DNA of 64,000 nucleotides from positions 3,279-67,278 of the forward strand of contig CAZGWK010000014.1 of the NCBI GenBank assembly GCA_964529285.1. Reading direction: 5' to 3'. The stretch's first letter is position 1. Each line of letters begins with the position of its first letter. The notes below the pieces were generated by a model, which saw only the letters and a list, made by a program, of their open reading frames with translations, did no database searches and was not told where the DNA came from. This document shows, one piece after another, positions 28,710 to 37,662 of this stretch. Made by a program: the position numbers and the translations under genes. This DNA comes from an uncultured Actinomycetota bacterium. Lineage in GTDB: Bacteria > Actinomycetota > Geothermincolia > Geothermincolales > RBG-13-55-18.

Positions 28710-28801
28710 AACTATATAATTCCCGAGACATCAATGGGCTATTTATGTCCGCAAAACCATTAATAACGACAAATAAAGGTGCAGTCAAGTCAGTTTAGGG
28801 G

Positions 28802-28830
28802 TTGACGCAATACTTTTATAACTAAATAAT
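28802..28830 (+). promoter_or_regulatory. Candidate sigma70-type promoter of the regulator gene
   Basis: TTGACG-N17-AATAAT about 50 nt upstream of the ATG at 28881, in AT-rich DNA. Confidence 0.4.
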
Positions 28831-28880
28831 ATAGCTACATAGTTTTGTGGGAGTTTTATATAGTATGCGGGAGCAGCGAG

Positions 28881-29735
28881 ATGGAGGAAGCCAGAGGAAC
28901 GGACCTGCGCATATCCGACCTGGAGAGGATCACGGGGACAGGCAGGAGCACGATCCATTATTACCTGCGCCGGGGTCTTCTTTCCGCGCCCAGGCGGTCC
29001 GGCAGGACCATGGCCTATTACGACCAGGAGCACGTGAAGGACCTCAAGGCCATCAGGAAATGGCGCAGGGAGGGTTACCCGCTCACCATGATCGAGAGGA
29101 AGCTCCAGGAGGCAAGAAAACGGAAGGGCGGCGGGGGAGGTGGCGGGGAGTCCGTACGCACGGGTAGAAGGCAGCTGATCATGGACGCGGCGGTCGGTGT
29201 GTTCGCCCGCAAGGGCTACCACAAGGCCAGGATCAGCGATATAACCAGTGCCGCCGGGGTCGGCTACAGCACCTTTTACCTCTATTTCCCCGATAAACTT
29301 GACCTGCTGGCGCAGAGCGTGGACGAGATCCTCCAGGCCATGTTCGCCGACGTGATAGAGGAGATAAGGCACGAGACCGATCCCCTGAAGCGCTTGAGGA
29401 AGAGGGCCGAGGTGGCCGTGGTAGCGCACCCCGAATTCGTCGACATCCTTTCGGTGCTGCGGGGAACCACGGAGGAGGAACCGCGTCTCGAGGCGAAGCG
29501 CAGGGAACTCTACGAGTACATAGCCGAGCACGTCGGGAGGGACCTCGAAAGGGCCGTCCAGATGGGCCTGCTGCCCCCTATGGACGTGGAGATGACGGCG
29601 TTCATGCTGGTGGTAGGGGTGCTCGAATCCGCGGCCCTTCTCACCAGGAAGGGCCGGGAGTCCGAAGCGTACCGGCTGCTGGACTGCTTTCAGGATATGC
29701 TTCTTCCCCGCGGGAAGCCCCTTCAGCCCTTATGA
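28881..29735 (+). CDS. MerR-type HTH fused to a full TetR/AcrR regulator (paralog 1)
   Basis: N-terminal LRISDLERITGTGRSTIHYYLRRGLLSAPRRSGRTMAYYDQEHVKDLKAIRKWRREGYPL (MerR HTH). A Gly7 linker follows, then IMDAAVGVFARKGYHKARISDITSAAGVGYSTFYLYFPDK (TetR HTH) and a ligand-domain-sized C-terminus. Confidence 0.8.
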   Translation: MEEARGTDLRISDLERITGTGRSTIHYYLRRGLLSAPRRSGRTMAYYDQEHVKDLKAIRKWRREGYPLTMIERKLQEARKRKGGGGGGGESVRTGRRQLIMDAAVGVFARKGYHKARISDITSAAGVGYSTFYLYFPDKLDLLAQSVDEILQAMFADVIEEIRHETDPLKRLRKRAEVAVVAHPEFVDILSVLRGTTEEEPRLEAKRRELYEYIAEHVGRDLERAVQMGLLPPMDVEMTAFMLVVGVLESAALLTRKGRESEAYRLLDCFQDMLLPRGKPLQPL

Positions 29736-29852
29736 ACCGGTCCTACACGGGATTTAAGATCCCATTAAGGCAAGTTCCATTCTCTATGTCCGCCATCGTC
29801 CGCTGACTGCAGCCGCGCTCCTTTCGATCGACCTCCAGCAGAAGATCTTAAC

Positions 29853-30866
29853 CTAAACGCCCACTCTTCTCTGCGAGGTATCCACTCCCAGAAGCCTGGC
29901 GAGGTTGAGGCCGAAGATCTTGGCGCGGTCCTCGTCGCTGAGGGCCGGGTAACCGTAGCCCTCCTGCATATCCTCGGGGAACTGGAAATCGCGCAGCCCC
30001 TGCACCGCTCCCTTGAGCTGCATGCCGAAACCCGCGTAGTCGGTGCCCCAGATGATGCGGTCCGGTCCCACGAAGCGCATGGCCTCGCCCAGGATCCTGG
30101 CGAACTTGCGCGGTGCCGAGGCGGCCCAGGGCACCAGCAGGGACAGGCAGGGATAGACATTGGGATGACCCAAGGCTACCATGTTGAGGTCGTCGCAGTA
30201 GGGATAGCCCATATGGAAGGCGACTATCTTGAGGTCGGGGAAGTCCCGCGCAACGTCGTCGAGCTGGATGGGAAGGGCGTACTTGCTCTTTCCCGGCGGC
30301 ACCCAGCAGAAGCCGGTGTGGATGTCCAGGACGATGTCCAGCTCCTCCGCTTTGGCGTAGAAGGGCCACAGGTCGGGGTCGTTGATATAGGTATCCTCGG
30401 GAGGGTAGAACTTGAAGATCTTCGCTCCCCTCTCCTTGACCCAGTACTCCAGCTCCCAGACGGTGTTCTTCACCCCCTTGAACTTGATGGGGGAGATGTT
30501 GGGCTGGTACATGAAGCGGTCGGGGTGGGCGTCGGCCACCCTGGCCATCTCGCCGTTGGTGACCCAGCGGCTGGTGTAGCCGGTGGTGTCCATCATGGAC
30601 TCCGGCAGCAGGCAGGCGATGTCCACCCCGTACTTGTCCATGTACGCGAGGAGGGCCTCCGGGTCCAACTGCTTGGTAAGCTCCTTGGGTTCCATCCCCT
30701 CCAGCATCTCCGGTTTGATGCCCATGATGAAGGGAAGCTTGATGGCGTCAATGGCCCGCCACCACATCTGCACCCCGGGGAAGTGGTTGATGGGCTCCAT
30801 ATCCCCGATGAGATGTGCCTCGGGGTCGATCTTGAAGAAATCGTCCCTCTCGAATCCGTCGCTCAT
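29853..30866 (-). CDS. Amidohydrolase_2 family protein (metal-dependent hydrolase/decarboxylase fold)
   Basis: KIFKFYP, LDIHTG, VAFHMGYP and WGTDYA strand-end motifs of the PF04909-type TIM barrel. AGGAGGAGGAG RBS. Confidence 0.75.
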   Translation of the reverse strand: MSDGFERDDFFKIDPEAHLIGDMEPINHFPGVQMWWRAIDAIKLPFIMGIKPEMLEGMEPKELTKQLDPEALLAYMDKYGVDIACLLPESMMDTTGYTSRWVTNGEMARVADAHPDRFMYQPNISPIKFKGVKNTVWELEYWVKERGAKIFKFYPPEDTYINDPDLWPFYAKAEELDIVLDIHTGFCWVPPGKSKYALPIQLDDVARDFPDLKIVAFHMGYPYCDDLNMVALGHPNVYPCLSLLVPWAASAPRKFARILGEAMRFVGPDRIIWGTDYAGFGMQLKGAVQGLRDFQFPEDMQEGYGYPALSDEDRAKIFGLNLARLLGVDTSQRRVGV

Positions 30867-30926
30867 GATCTCCTCCTCCTGGTCTCTCCGACTTCGAATC
30901 CGTTTCTCTATATACGCAATGCCGTA

Positions 30927-33095
30927 TCATCCGGACAGACTGCTGGTATTCACCGTTGACCCTTCGTCTCCTTTCGACCTGTATATCCTGCACAGCAGCG
31001 CCCTCAGCTGGTAGGTGCCCATGGCGGGGTCGTAAGGAGGTCCGTTGTCCGTGAGCAGGTTGGCGTTGGACCTCCAGATGCCGTGCTCCGGTCCCTCTTC
31101 CTCGGGGAACCACCAGCCGTGCTCCACGTGCACCACGCGGGGGTCTATTCCCTCGCTGAGACTGGCCCGCTGCTCGATCCTGCCCCGGCGCGTCTCTATA
31201 CACACCCAATCGTCTTGCGAGATGCCGTGTTCCGCTGCCGTGCGCGGGTGGATCTGTACCAGTGGATGGGGATGCCTGCGCCGCAGCGATGGTATCTGGC
31301 GGTGCTCGGAATGGAAGAAACAGGGCACCCTGCCGCCGGTGATAAGTATATAGGGGTATTCCCGCGCGAGTTCCGGGGTGCTGCTCGGGCTCTCCGGCGG
31401 TTCCCGGTAACTGGGGAGGGGGTCGTATCCCAGGTTCTCCAGTATGCTGGAGTAGAGCTCCACCTTGCCGGAGGGGGTCAGAAAGCCCCCCATGTCTTCG
31501 TACTTGCGGTACTTCATGGGAGGAAAGACGAAGCCTTCTTCCTTGAGCTGGTCGAAGTCGACACCCAGCGGCTCCAGCTGAAAGTCCAATACCTCCCGCA
31601 GCGGCTCCCCGCCCCTCTCCAGGCCCATCCTGCGGGCCAGCGCGATCATGATCTCCTCGTCCTGCCTGGCCTCTCCCACCTCCACCAGTTTCCGCTGGGC
31701 CAGCACCATCAGGTCGGCCACGATGGGGAAACCCTGGACGCAGTCCACCTCCAGCCAGGTGGCCGCGGGCAGGACGATGTCCGCCAGCTCGGCGGTGGGG
31801 GTCATGTAGATGTCCGTGACCACCAGGAGGTCCAGCTCGAGCAGGGATTCGCGCACCTGCCGTGGATTGGCGTAGGTGGCCAGGGCGTTGTTGCCGAAGA
31901 TGAGGAAGGCCTTGATCGGGTAGGGCTCGCCGCTGCGCATGGCCTCGAAGAGGGTGGGGACATGCGAGGAGGGGAGAAGTGCCTGGGGGCCGGCCAGCAC
32001 CTTGAAGGTGTCCGCGCCCAGCCTCTTCTCCCTGGCCTCCTGGCCCAGGTTCTCGGCCAGGTAGGGAAAGATGTTTATGGGGTGGCTGCTGAATATCCAG
32101 CCTCCGGGGATGTCTATGTTTCCCGTGAGTGCCGGCAGCATGGCCAGGGCCCGGCCGGTCTGGAAGCAGTTGGGGGTATGCTCGAAGGCCACCCCCCAGT
32201 CCAGGGCGGCGGGTTTGGACGCGGCGAACATGCGCGCCGCCTCCCTGATGCGCTCCGCCGGTATCCAGGTGATCTCCTCCGCCCACTGCGGCGTATATTC
32301 CTCCACGCGTTCGGCCAGGCGGTCGAAGCCGGAGGTCCACCGGCTCACGAAATCCCCGTCGTATAGTTCCTCGTTTATGATGGTGTTTATCATGCTCAGG
32401 GCGAGGGCGTCGTCGCTGCCCGGCCGGAGCTGCAGCCAGAGGTCGGCCTTGCGCGCCGTCTCGGTCTTCCGGGGGTCGATCACTATGAGCCTGGAGCCCC
32501 TCTTGATGGCGTCCCTCATCGTGAACTGCACCTCGCCGTCCGGACCGGTGATCAGGGGATTGTGGCCCCAGACCAGTATGCATGCGGGGGCGGTATCGCC
32601 GTAATAGTCGCAGAAGAGGAAGTCGCCGTAAGTGAGCACGCTTATGTTCAGCCGCGGTATGAAGCATTGGGCCGTGCCCGGCTCGCACCAGTTGGGCGTG
32701 CCCAGCGCGTTGGCGAACCTGGCCACGAAATGGTAGTGGTGCCTGCCCGTGCCGGTGCCCAGAGCGATGCTCTCCGGACCATACTCCCCCTTGATGCGGT
32801 TCAGCTCGCCCGCGATATGGCCCAGGGCCTCGTCCCACGAGATGCGCTCCCAGCGGCCCTCCCCTCTCTCTCCTGCCCGCCTCATGGGATGGGTCAGGCG
32901 GTGGGGATTATATACGTGTTCAAGGCTGGCCAGGCCCTTGGCACAGAGTCTGCCCCGGTTCAAGGGGGAATCCGGGTCGCCCTCGATTTTTACTATCTTT
33001 CCGTCTTTCAACTGCAGGAGCACGCCGCAACCCCCGTGGCACATCTTGCAGGAGCTCCTGTAAATCCCGTCTTCGACCAGCGCATCGCCTTCCAT
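30927..33095 (-). CDS. Cytoplasmic molybdopterin (Mo/W-bisPGD, DMSO-reductase superfamily) enzyme, paralog B, 722 aa
   Basis: N-terminal C-K-M-C-H-G-G-C...C-A-K-G 4Fe-4S motif. WLQLRPGSDDALAL and a C-terminal molybdopterin-binding barrel (ILITGGR...HSEHRQIP...VCIETRRG). No twin-arginine leader. Confidence 0.85.
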   Translation of the reverse strand: MEGDALVEDGIYRSSCKMCHGGCGVLLQLKDGKIVKIEGDPDSPLNRGRLCAKGLASLEHVYNPHRLTHPMRRAGERGEGRWERISWDEALGHIAGELNRIKGEYGPESIALGTGTGRHHYHFVARFANALGTPNWCEPGTAQCFIPRLNISVLTYGDFLFCDYYGDTAPACILVWGHNPLITGPDGEVQFTMRDAIKRGSRLIVIDPRKTETARKADLWLQLRPGSDDALALSMINTIINEELYDGDFVSRWTSGFDRLAERVEEYTPQWAEEITWIPAERIREAARMFAASKPAALDWGVAFEHTPNCFQTGRALAMLPALTGNIDIPGGWIFSSHPINIFPYLAENLGQEAREKRLGADTFKVLAGPQALLPSSHVPTLFEAMRSGEPYPIKAFLIFGNNALATYANPRQVRESLLELDLLVVTDIYMTPTAELADIVLPAATWLEVDCVQGFPIVADLMVLAQRKLVEVGEARQDEEIMIALARRMGLERGGEPLREVLDFQLEPLGVDFDQLKEEGFVFPPMKYRKYEDMGGFLTPSGKVELYSSILENLGYDPLPSYREPPESPSSTPELAREYPYILITGGRVPCFFHSEHRQIPSLRRRHPHPLVQIHPRTAAEHGISQDDWVCIETRRGRIEQRASLSEGIDPRVVHVEHGWWFPEEEGPEHGIWRSNANLLTDNGPPYDPAMGTYQLRALLCRIYRSKGDEGSTVNTSSLSG

Positions 33096-33153
33096 CAGAC
33101 CTCCGTTCTATCCCACGCAATCGACTGTCGGGTTCGCCGCTCTGTGCGGACCG

Positions 33154-34266
33154 TCATCTCACCAGTTCGATCAGCTTGTCCGTGTTCTTCGTCTTCCTGA
33201 ACGCGGGCTTCTCGGCCATGATCTCCTCGCGGCCCAGCACCTCTCCCGTACGCTCGTAGTGGTCGAGCACCTCGCGGGGGCCGTAGCGGTGCAGGGGGCA
33301 GGAGTTGATGCACACCGCGCAGGTATGCCACCCGGTGAAGAAAGCCCAGCACTTGAGGTCGTTTATCTTGCGCTTGTATACGCCCCGCCACCACATGGGT
33401 TTCTCGGGGATGGCCTTCGCCGGGCACTTGGCCACGCACAGGAGACAAGATTCGCACAACTCGGCCAGGCCGTAGTCCCCGGGTTCGTCCAGGGGCAGGT
33501 CGGAGTCCACGGTGATCAGGCCCCAGCGCTGCCGGGGACCGAACTGCGGGGTGATCACGCCGCCGAAGGCCCCCAGCTCCCCCAGGCCGGCGGTGATAGC
33601 ATGGGTAGGATAAACCACGGCGCCGTCGAAGGGGATGCGGGCCGAGCAGGATACGCCCTGACGGCGTATGAAGTTGGCCAGCTTGTGCGTGCCCCTGCTC
33701 GCCCTGCGGTATACGTCGTAGTCAGGATAATTGCGCAGGCGGTAGTTGGGGGACTGCAGAAGGAATTCCTTGCGCATCTCCATACCCAGGACGACGGCCA
33801 CGTTATAGGGAAACTTGCCGTCGTTGCCCCCGGTCACGAAGCGGCGGTCCAGGAGGGTGACCCCGCAGAGCGCGAAACCCAGGGAGGCTGCATAATCCTT
33901 GATGTCCTGTTTGAGCCCCACGGGATCGGGCCTTTGACCCGAATATTTTTTGACCAGCTTCCTGTCCACCATACCCTGCAGCGCCTCCATATAGATCAGG
34001 TCTGGAAGGGTCGGGGAAATCTCGGGTATCACCTCTCTCTTGTGGTGGACGAAAACGTAGCTCAACTTGTTGGAGCCGCGCAGGGGAGGTACGTTCTCCT
34101 GCAGGGGATCCACCTCGGAATAGAGGTTCAACTCCTCCGGCCTGTACTCCAGGTTGGGGATGAGGGCGACGCGGTCCTGTTCTATGTCGTTGGGGCGGAA
34201 CTTGACGCGCTGGCCGCGGTATTCCCTCAAACGCAGCTGCTTTCTTTCGCCTTTGTTCATGTTCAT
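33154..34266 (-). CDS. Reductive-dehalogenase / epoxyqueuosine-reductase (RdhA/QueG) superfamily Fe-S protein, no TAT signal
   Basis: IKDYAASLGFALCGV, AVVLGMEM and AGLGELGAFGGVITPQFGPRQRWGLITVDSDLPLD. Cluster motifs are CESCLLCVAKCP and C-x10-CAVCINSCP. The start ATG overlaps the stop of the upstream Mo/W gene (ATGA). Confidence 0.7.
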   Translation of the reverse strand: MNMNKGERKQLRLREYRGQRVKFRPNDIEQDRVALIPNLEYRPEELNLYSEVDPLQENVPPLRGSNKLSYVFVHHKREVIPEISPTLPDLIYMEALQGMVDRKLVKKYSGQRPDPVGLKQDIKDYAASLGFALCGVTLLDRRFVTGGNDGKFPYNVAVVLGMEMRKEFLLQSPNYRLRNYPDYDVYRRASRGTHKLANFIRRQGVSCSARIPFDGAVVYPTHAITAGLGELGAFGGVITPQFGPRQRWGLITVDSDLPLDEPGDYGLAELCESCLLCVAKCPAKAIPEKPMWWRGVYKRKINDLKCWAFFTGWHTCAVCINSCPLHRYGPREVLDHYERTGEVLGREEIMAEKPAFRKTKNTDKLIELVR

Positions 34267-36443
34267 ACATCACTCCCGTCAGGTTTCTCATCATATCCTT
34301 CGCGCTTCGTTCTCCGGGAGGTCTGGGAATCAGGGCTTTTATATACCCTGCACAGCGCGCTGCGCAGGCATTCCGATCCGGAATCAGGGTCGTACTCCAT
34401 CTCCCCGAAGAGGAGGTTTACGTTACTGCGCCTCCACCCGTGTTCGGGCGGATCTTCCTCCGGGAACCACCAGGCATGCTCGGCGCTGACCACGTCGGGG
34501 GCGATGCCGTCGGACAGCCTGGCGCGCATCCTTACCCTGTCGCGGGGCGTCTCCACCCATACCCAGTCCCCCTCGCCGATATCCAGGGATGCCGCCGTCT
34601 CGGGATGTATCTCCACCAGCGGATCGGGGTGCTTGCCTCTCAAGCTTGCGATCTGCCTTCCCTCGCTGTGAAAGAATTCCCTTATCTTGGCTCCCGTGGT
34701 CAGGATGAAGGGGTAGTCGCCGTACAGTTCCGGGCGGGAGAGCGGAGATAGTGGCGGCTCGCGGTAGACGGGCAGCGGGGATACCCCCATCGACTCCAGG
34801 ACGCTCGAATAGATCTCGAACTTGCCGGAGGCGGTCGCAAAACCCTGCTCGCGGTACTTGCGGTAGCGCATCTCTCCCTGCAGTATTCCCAGCTCGCAGA
34901 ACGCATCGAAGTCCATGCCCGTCTCCTCAAGCGCCCAGTCGAGGTGCTCCCGCCAGCTCTGCCAGGGGAAGGCCTCCCAAAGATCCAGGCGGTGCGCGAG
35001 ATCGAAGATAACCTCCCGGTCGTCACGCGCCTCGCCGACCTGGGCCACCTTCACCCGCGCCAGCACGCACCAGATCTTGTGCAGGTTGACCACGTCCTCT
35101 TGCTCCAGCCAGGTGGCGGCGGGGAGCACCAGGTCCGCCAGCTGGGCGGTGGGGGTGAGAAAGAAGTCCGAGACCACCAGGTATTCCAGCAGGCGCAGGG
35201 CCCTCTCTGTCTGCAACGGATCGGTCATGGTGAGCAGGGGATTGGAGCCCACTATCCACAAGGCCCGCATGCGGTAAGGGTCTCCTTCCACGATGGATCG
35301 CCAGAAGGTGGGGGGATGGGTGATGGGGCATACGGGATACCTCCCACCGTCCACCTCCCGGGATACCGCCTCCGGCGGACGGAACTGCAGCCCCGGCACC
35401 TCGAGGTTCATGAACAGCGAGCGCTGCTTTACTCCCGCCGGTGGGACCCATAGGACGTCGCCTCCCGGACGGTCGATGTTCCCGCTGAGGGCGCGCAGGA
35501 TGAGCAGAGAACGGGCGGTCTGGGCGTTGCAGGCGCTCATGTCCACGGCGTTTCCCCACTGTATGCAGGCGGGCGAGGTGGTCGCATAGGTGCGGGCGGC
35601 GGCGCGGATCTCCTCCGCATCCAGGCGGGTTATGGGCGCGGCCCATTCGGGAGTGAAGGGCGCTACATGCTCCACCAGCCGCTCGTATCCCACCGTGTAG
35701 CCGTCCACGAAATCGCGGTCCACCAGTCCTTCGGAGATGATGGTGTTGATCATGGCCAGGGCCAGGGCGCCGTCGCTCCCGGGCCGCAGCTGCAGCCAGT
35801 GATCGGCCTTCTCCGCCGCGTCGATGCGCCTGGGGTCCACCACGATGACCTTGTCCGCCTCCCTCAAGGCCCTCTGGAACATACCCCCGCACATGCCGTC
35901 GGAGGCGCCGCTGCGCGCGATGTCACATCCCCAGAGCAGGATGCAGGCGGGATACTCTCCACCGGACCCGTAGATGTCGCAGATGGGGAGCTGCCCCAGG
36001 GTATAGAGGCTCACCAGCCAGCGCGGAAGATAGCAGAGGTGCGCCACGCCGGTGAAATTGGGAGTGCCGAAGGCGTTGGCGAAGCGCGTGGTGTATCCGG
36101 TATAGGGCCGCCCTGTTCCCTGCAGCATGGCGAAGTATTCGGGTCCGCTCTCCTCCTTTATCGCGGCAAGGCGCCGGGCCATCTCGTCCAGGGCATCGTC
36201 CCACGAGATGCGCTCCCACCTGTTCTCCCCGCGCTCTCCCGCCCGGCGCAGGGGATGAAGCACGCGGTCTGGATGGTAGAGGAGCTCGGGCGACGCCTTT
36301 CCCTTGGGGCAGATGTAGCCGCGGCTGGTGGGGGAGTCGGGGTCGCCGGTCACCTCGACCACGCGGCCGTCCTCGAGGTGAACCAGCACCTGGCACACCC
36401 CGTGGCACATGCGGCAGGCCGACCTGACCACTCTATCGCTCAA
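34263..36443 (-). CDS. Cytoplasmic molybdopterin (Mo/W-bisPGD) enzyme, paralog A, 726 aa
   Basis: C-R-M-C-H-G-V-C...C-P-K-G motif and WLQLRPGSDGALAL, with a C-terminal barrel as in paralog B. TTG start about 11 nt after AAGGAG. No TAT leader. Confidence 0.85.
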   Translation of the reverse strand: MSDRVVRSACRMCHGVCQVLVHLEDGRVVEVTGDPDSPTSRGYICPKGKASPELLYHPDRVLHPLRRAGERGENRWERISWDDALDEMARRLAAIKEESGPEYFAMLQGTGRPYTGYTTRFANAFGTPNFTGVAHLCYLPRWLVSLYTLGQLPICDIYGSGGEYPACILLWGCDIARSGASDGMCGGMFQRALREADKVIVVDPRRIDAAEKADHWLQLRPGSDGALALAMINTIISEGLVDRDFVDGYTVGYERLVEHVAPFTPEWAAPITRLDAEEIRAAARTYATTSPACIQWGNAVDMSACNAQTARSLLILRALSGNIDRPGGDVLWVPPAGVKQRSLFMNLEVPGLQFRPPEAVSREVDGGRYPVCPITHPPTFWRSIVEGDPYRMRALWIVGSNPLLTMTDPLQTERALRLLEYLVVSDFFLTPTAQLADLVLPAATWLEQEDVVNLHKIWCVLARVKVAQVGEARDDREVIFDLAHRLDLWEAFPWQSWREHLDWALEETGMDFDAFCELGILQGEMRYRKYREQGFATASGKFEIYSSVLESMGVSPLPVYREPPLSPLSRPELYGDYPFILTTGAKIREFFHSEGRQIASLRGKHPDPLVEIHPETAASLDIGEGDWVWVETPRDRVRMRARLSDGIAPDVVSAEHAWWFPEEDPPEHGWRRSNVNLLFGEMEYDPDSGSECLRSALCRVYKSPDSQTSRRTKREGYDEKPDGSDV

Positions 36444-36477
36444 ATCTTGCCATCTCCTTACGCACTACACCGCATAT

Positions 36478-37617
36478 CTACCTGTACTTGAGCACGGACT
36501 TAAACATCGCCTTCGCGTTCTCCGGTTTGGAATCGATGGGCATGGTGCATCCCGAACTGAGGATGAACCCGCCGTCCGCCCCTACTTCGGTGATTAGTCT
36601 GCGGCAGTACTCGTCCACCTCCTCCGGCTCCCCGAGTTTGAGCAAGGCGGCGGGCACGTCGCCCATGATGCACATGTGGTCGCCCAGCTGGTCCTTGGCC
36701 GCGAATATGTTCGAGGTGCCGTCCAGGTTCAGGATGCACTTGCCTTTGGGCAGGTTTTTCAGATAAGGGTAGAAACCCGTCCAGTCGCTGTCGAAATGAA
36801 GCAGCGGGGTGATGCCTTTGCCCACCCAGTACTCGCACATCTCCTGCCATTCCGGCAGGGCGAATTCCTCGAACTGCTTGGGGCTGAGGAAGGATGCGCT
36901 GGTCCGCGTCCCCCCCATGAAAACGCGCTTGAGGCCGCTGAGCTTCACCATCATCATCCCCTGCAGCTGCATCGTCTTCATGAGGGCACGGCTGGCCTCT
37001 TTGACTTCCTCGGGGTGGCGGAAGAGGTCCAGGATGAAATCGTTGAAGGAGCGCAGGAAGAGAGAGATGTATTCCATGGGGGTGAAAACGATATTGTAAG
37101 CGACCATGGATTCGACCCCCTTGCTCTGCCACCGCCGCATGGAGCGCCTGGCCTTCATGATGTCCGCGCTCACGCCCGCGAAGGTCTTGAGCATCCCTAA
37201 CGGGTTTCCCAGCTGGGGATTGGATAACTTCATCTTGTCCATGATCCAGCGCAGAGGGCCGCGCTGCTTTATCTGCTCGTATTCCTCCCACTCCATGACC
37301 GTCTTCTCCACGAACTGGAACTGGCCGTCTGCGGGTTCCCCGCCCACCCCCGGCATGATGGGAGGTGTGGGGAAGATCACCTGCATTATCCTGCCGAGTC
37401 CGGCATAGGAGAGGTTCTGCCCGTCGATGGGACCCAGGTCGCGCAGGGTCTTCTCCAGCGCCGCGTCCGCCTTCTGGATGTCGAAGAACATGTCGTGCTG
37501 GGTGATTCCGCCGTAACGGCCGGCGAAGAAATCGATGATGGGCACCACGGGCACGCGGTCCGGCTTGCCCAGCCTGACGGCGGTGTCGATGCGTTCGCGA
37601 GCGGTCATGTCGGCCAC
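36478..37617 (-). CDS. Uroporphyrinogen-decarboxylase (URO-D) family protein lacking the MT2 zinc motif
   Basis: N-terminal RERIDTAVRLGKPDRVPV and C-terminal GGFILSSGCTMP fit the URO-D/MtaA fold. The position of the HxC zinc ligands reads LLHFDSD. GTG start after AAGGAGGTGA. Confidence 0.7.
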   Translation of the reverse strand: MADMTARERIDTAVRLGKPDRVPVVPIIDFFAGRYGGITQHDMFFDIQKADAALEKTLRDLGPIDGQNLSYAGLGRIMQVIFPTPPIMPGVGGEPADGQFQFVEKTVMEWEEYEQIKQRGPLRWIMDKMKLSNPQLGNPLGMLKTFAGVSADIMKARRSMRRWQSKGVESMVAYNIVFTPMEYISLFLRSFNDFILDLFRHPEEVKEASRALMKTMQLQGMMMVKLSGLKRVFMGGTRTSASFLSPKQFEEFALPEWQEMCEYWVGKGITPLLHFDSDWTGFYPYLKNLPKGKCILNLDGTSNIFAAKDQLGDHMCIMGDVPAALLKLGEPEEVDEYCRRLITEVGADGGFILSSGCTMPIDSKPENAKAMFKSVLKYR

Positions 37618-37662
37618 GGTTCACCTCCTTGCCCTCCCGGGCGTCTTCGCTCTTCCACCCCC

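Noticed and set aside
30927-36443. Selenocysteine (in-frame TGA) recoding or a twin-arginine export signal in the two molybdopterin enzymes.
   Set aside because: Both ORFs are uninterrupted over 722 and 726 codons, with a Cys at the likely ligand position. Neither N-terminus has an RR leader; both start directly with the 4Fe-4S motif.
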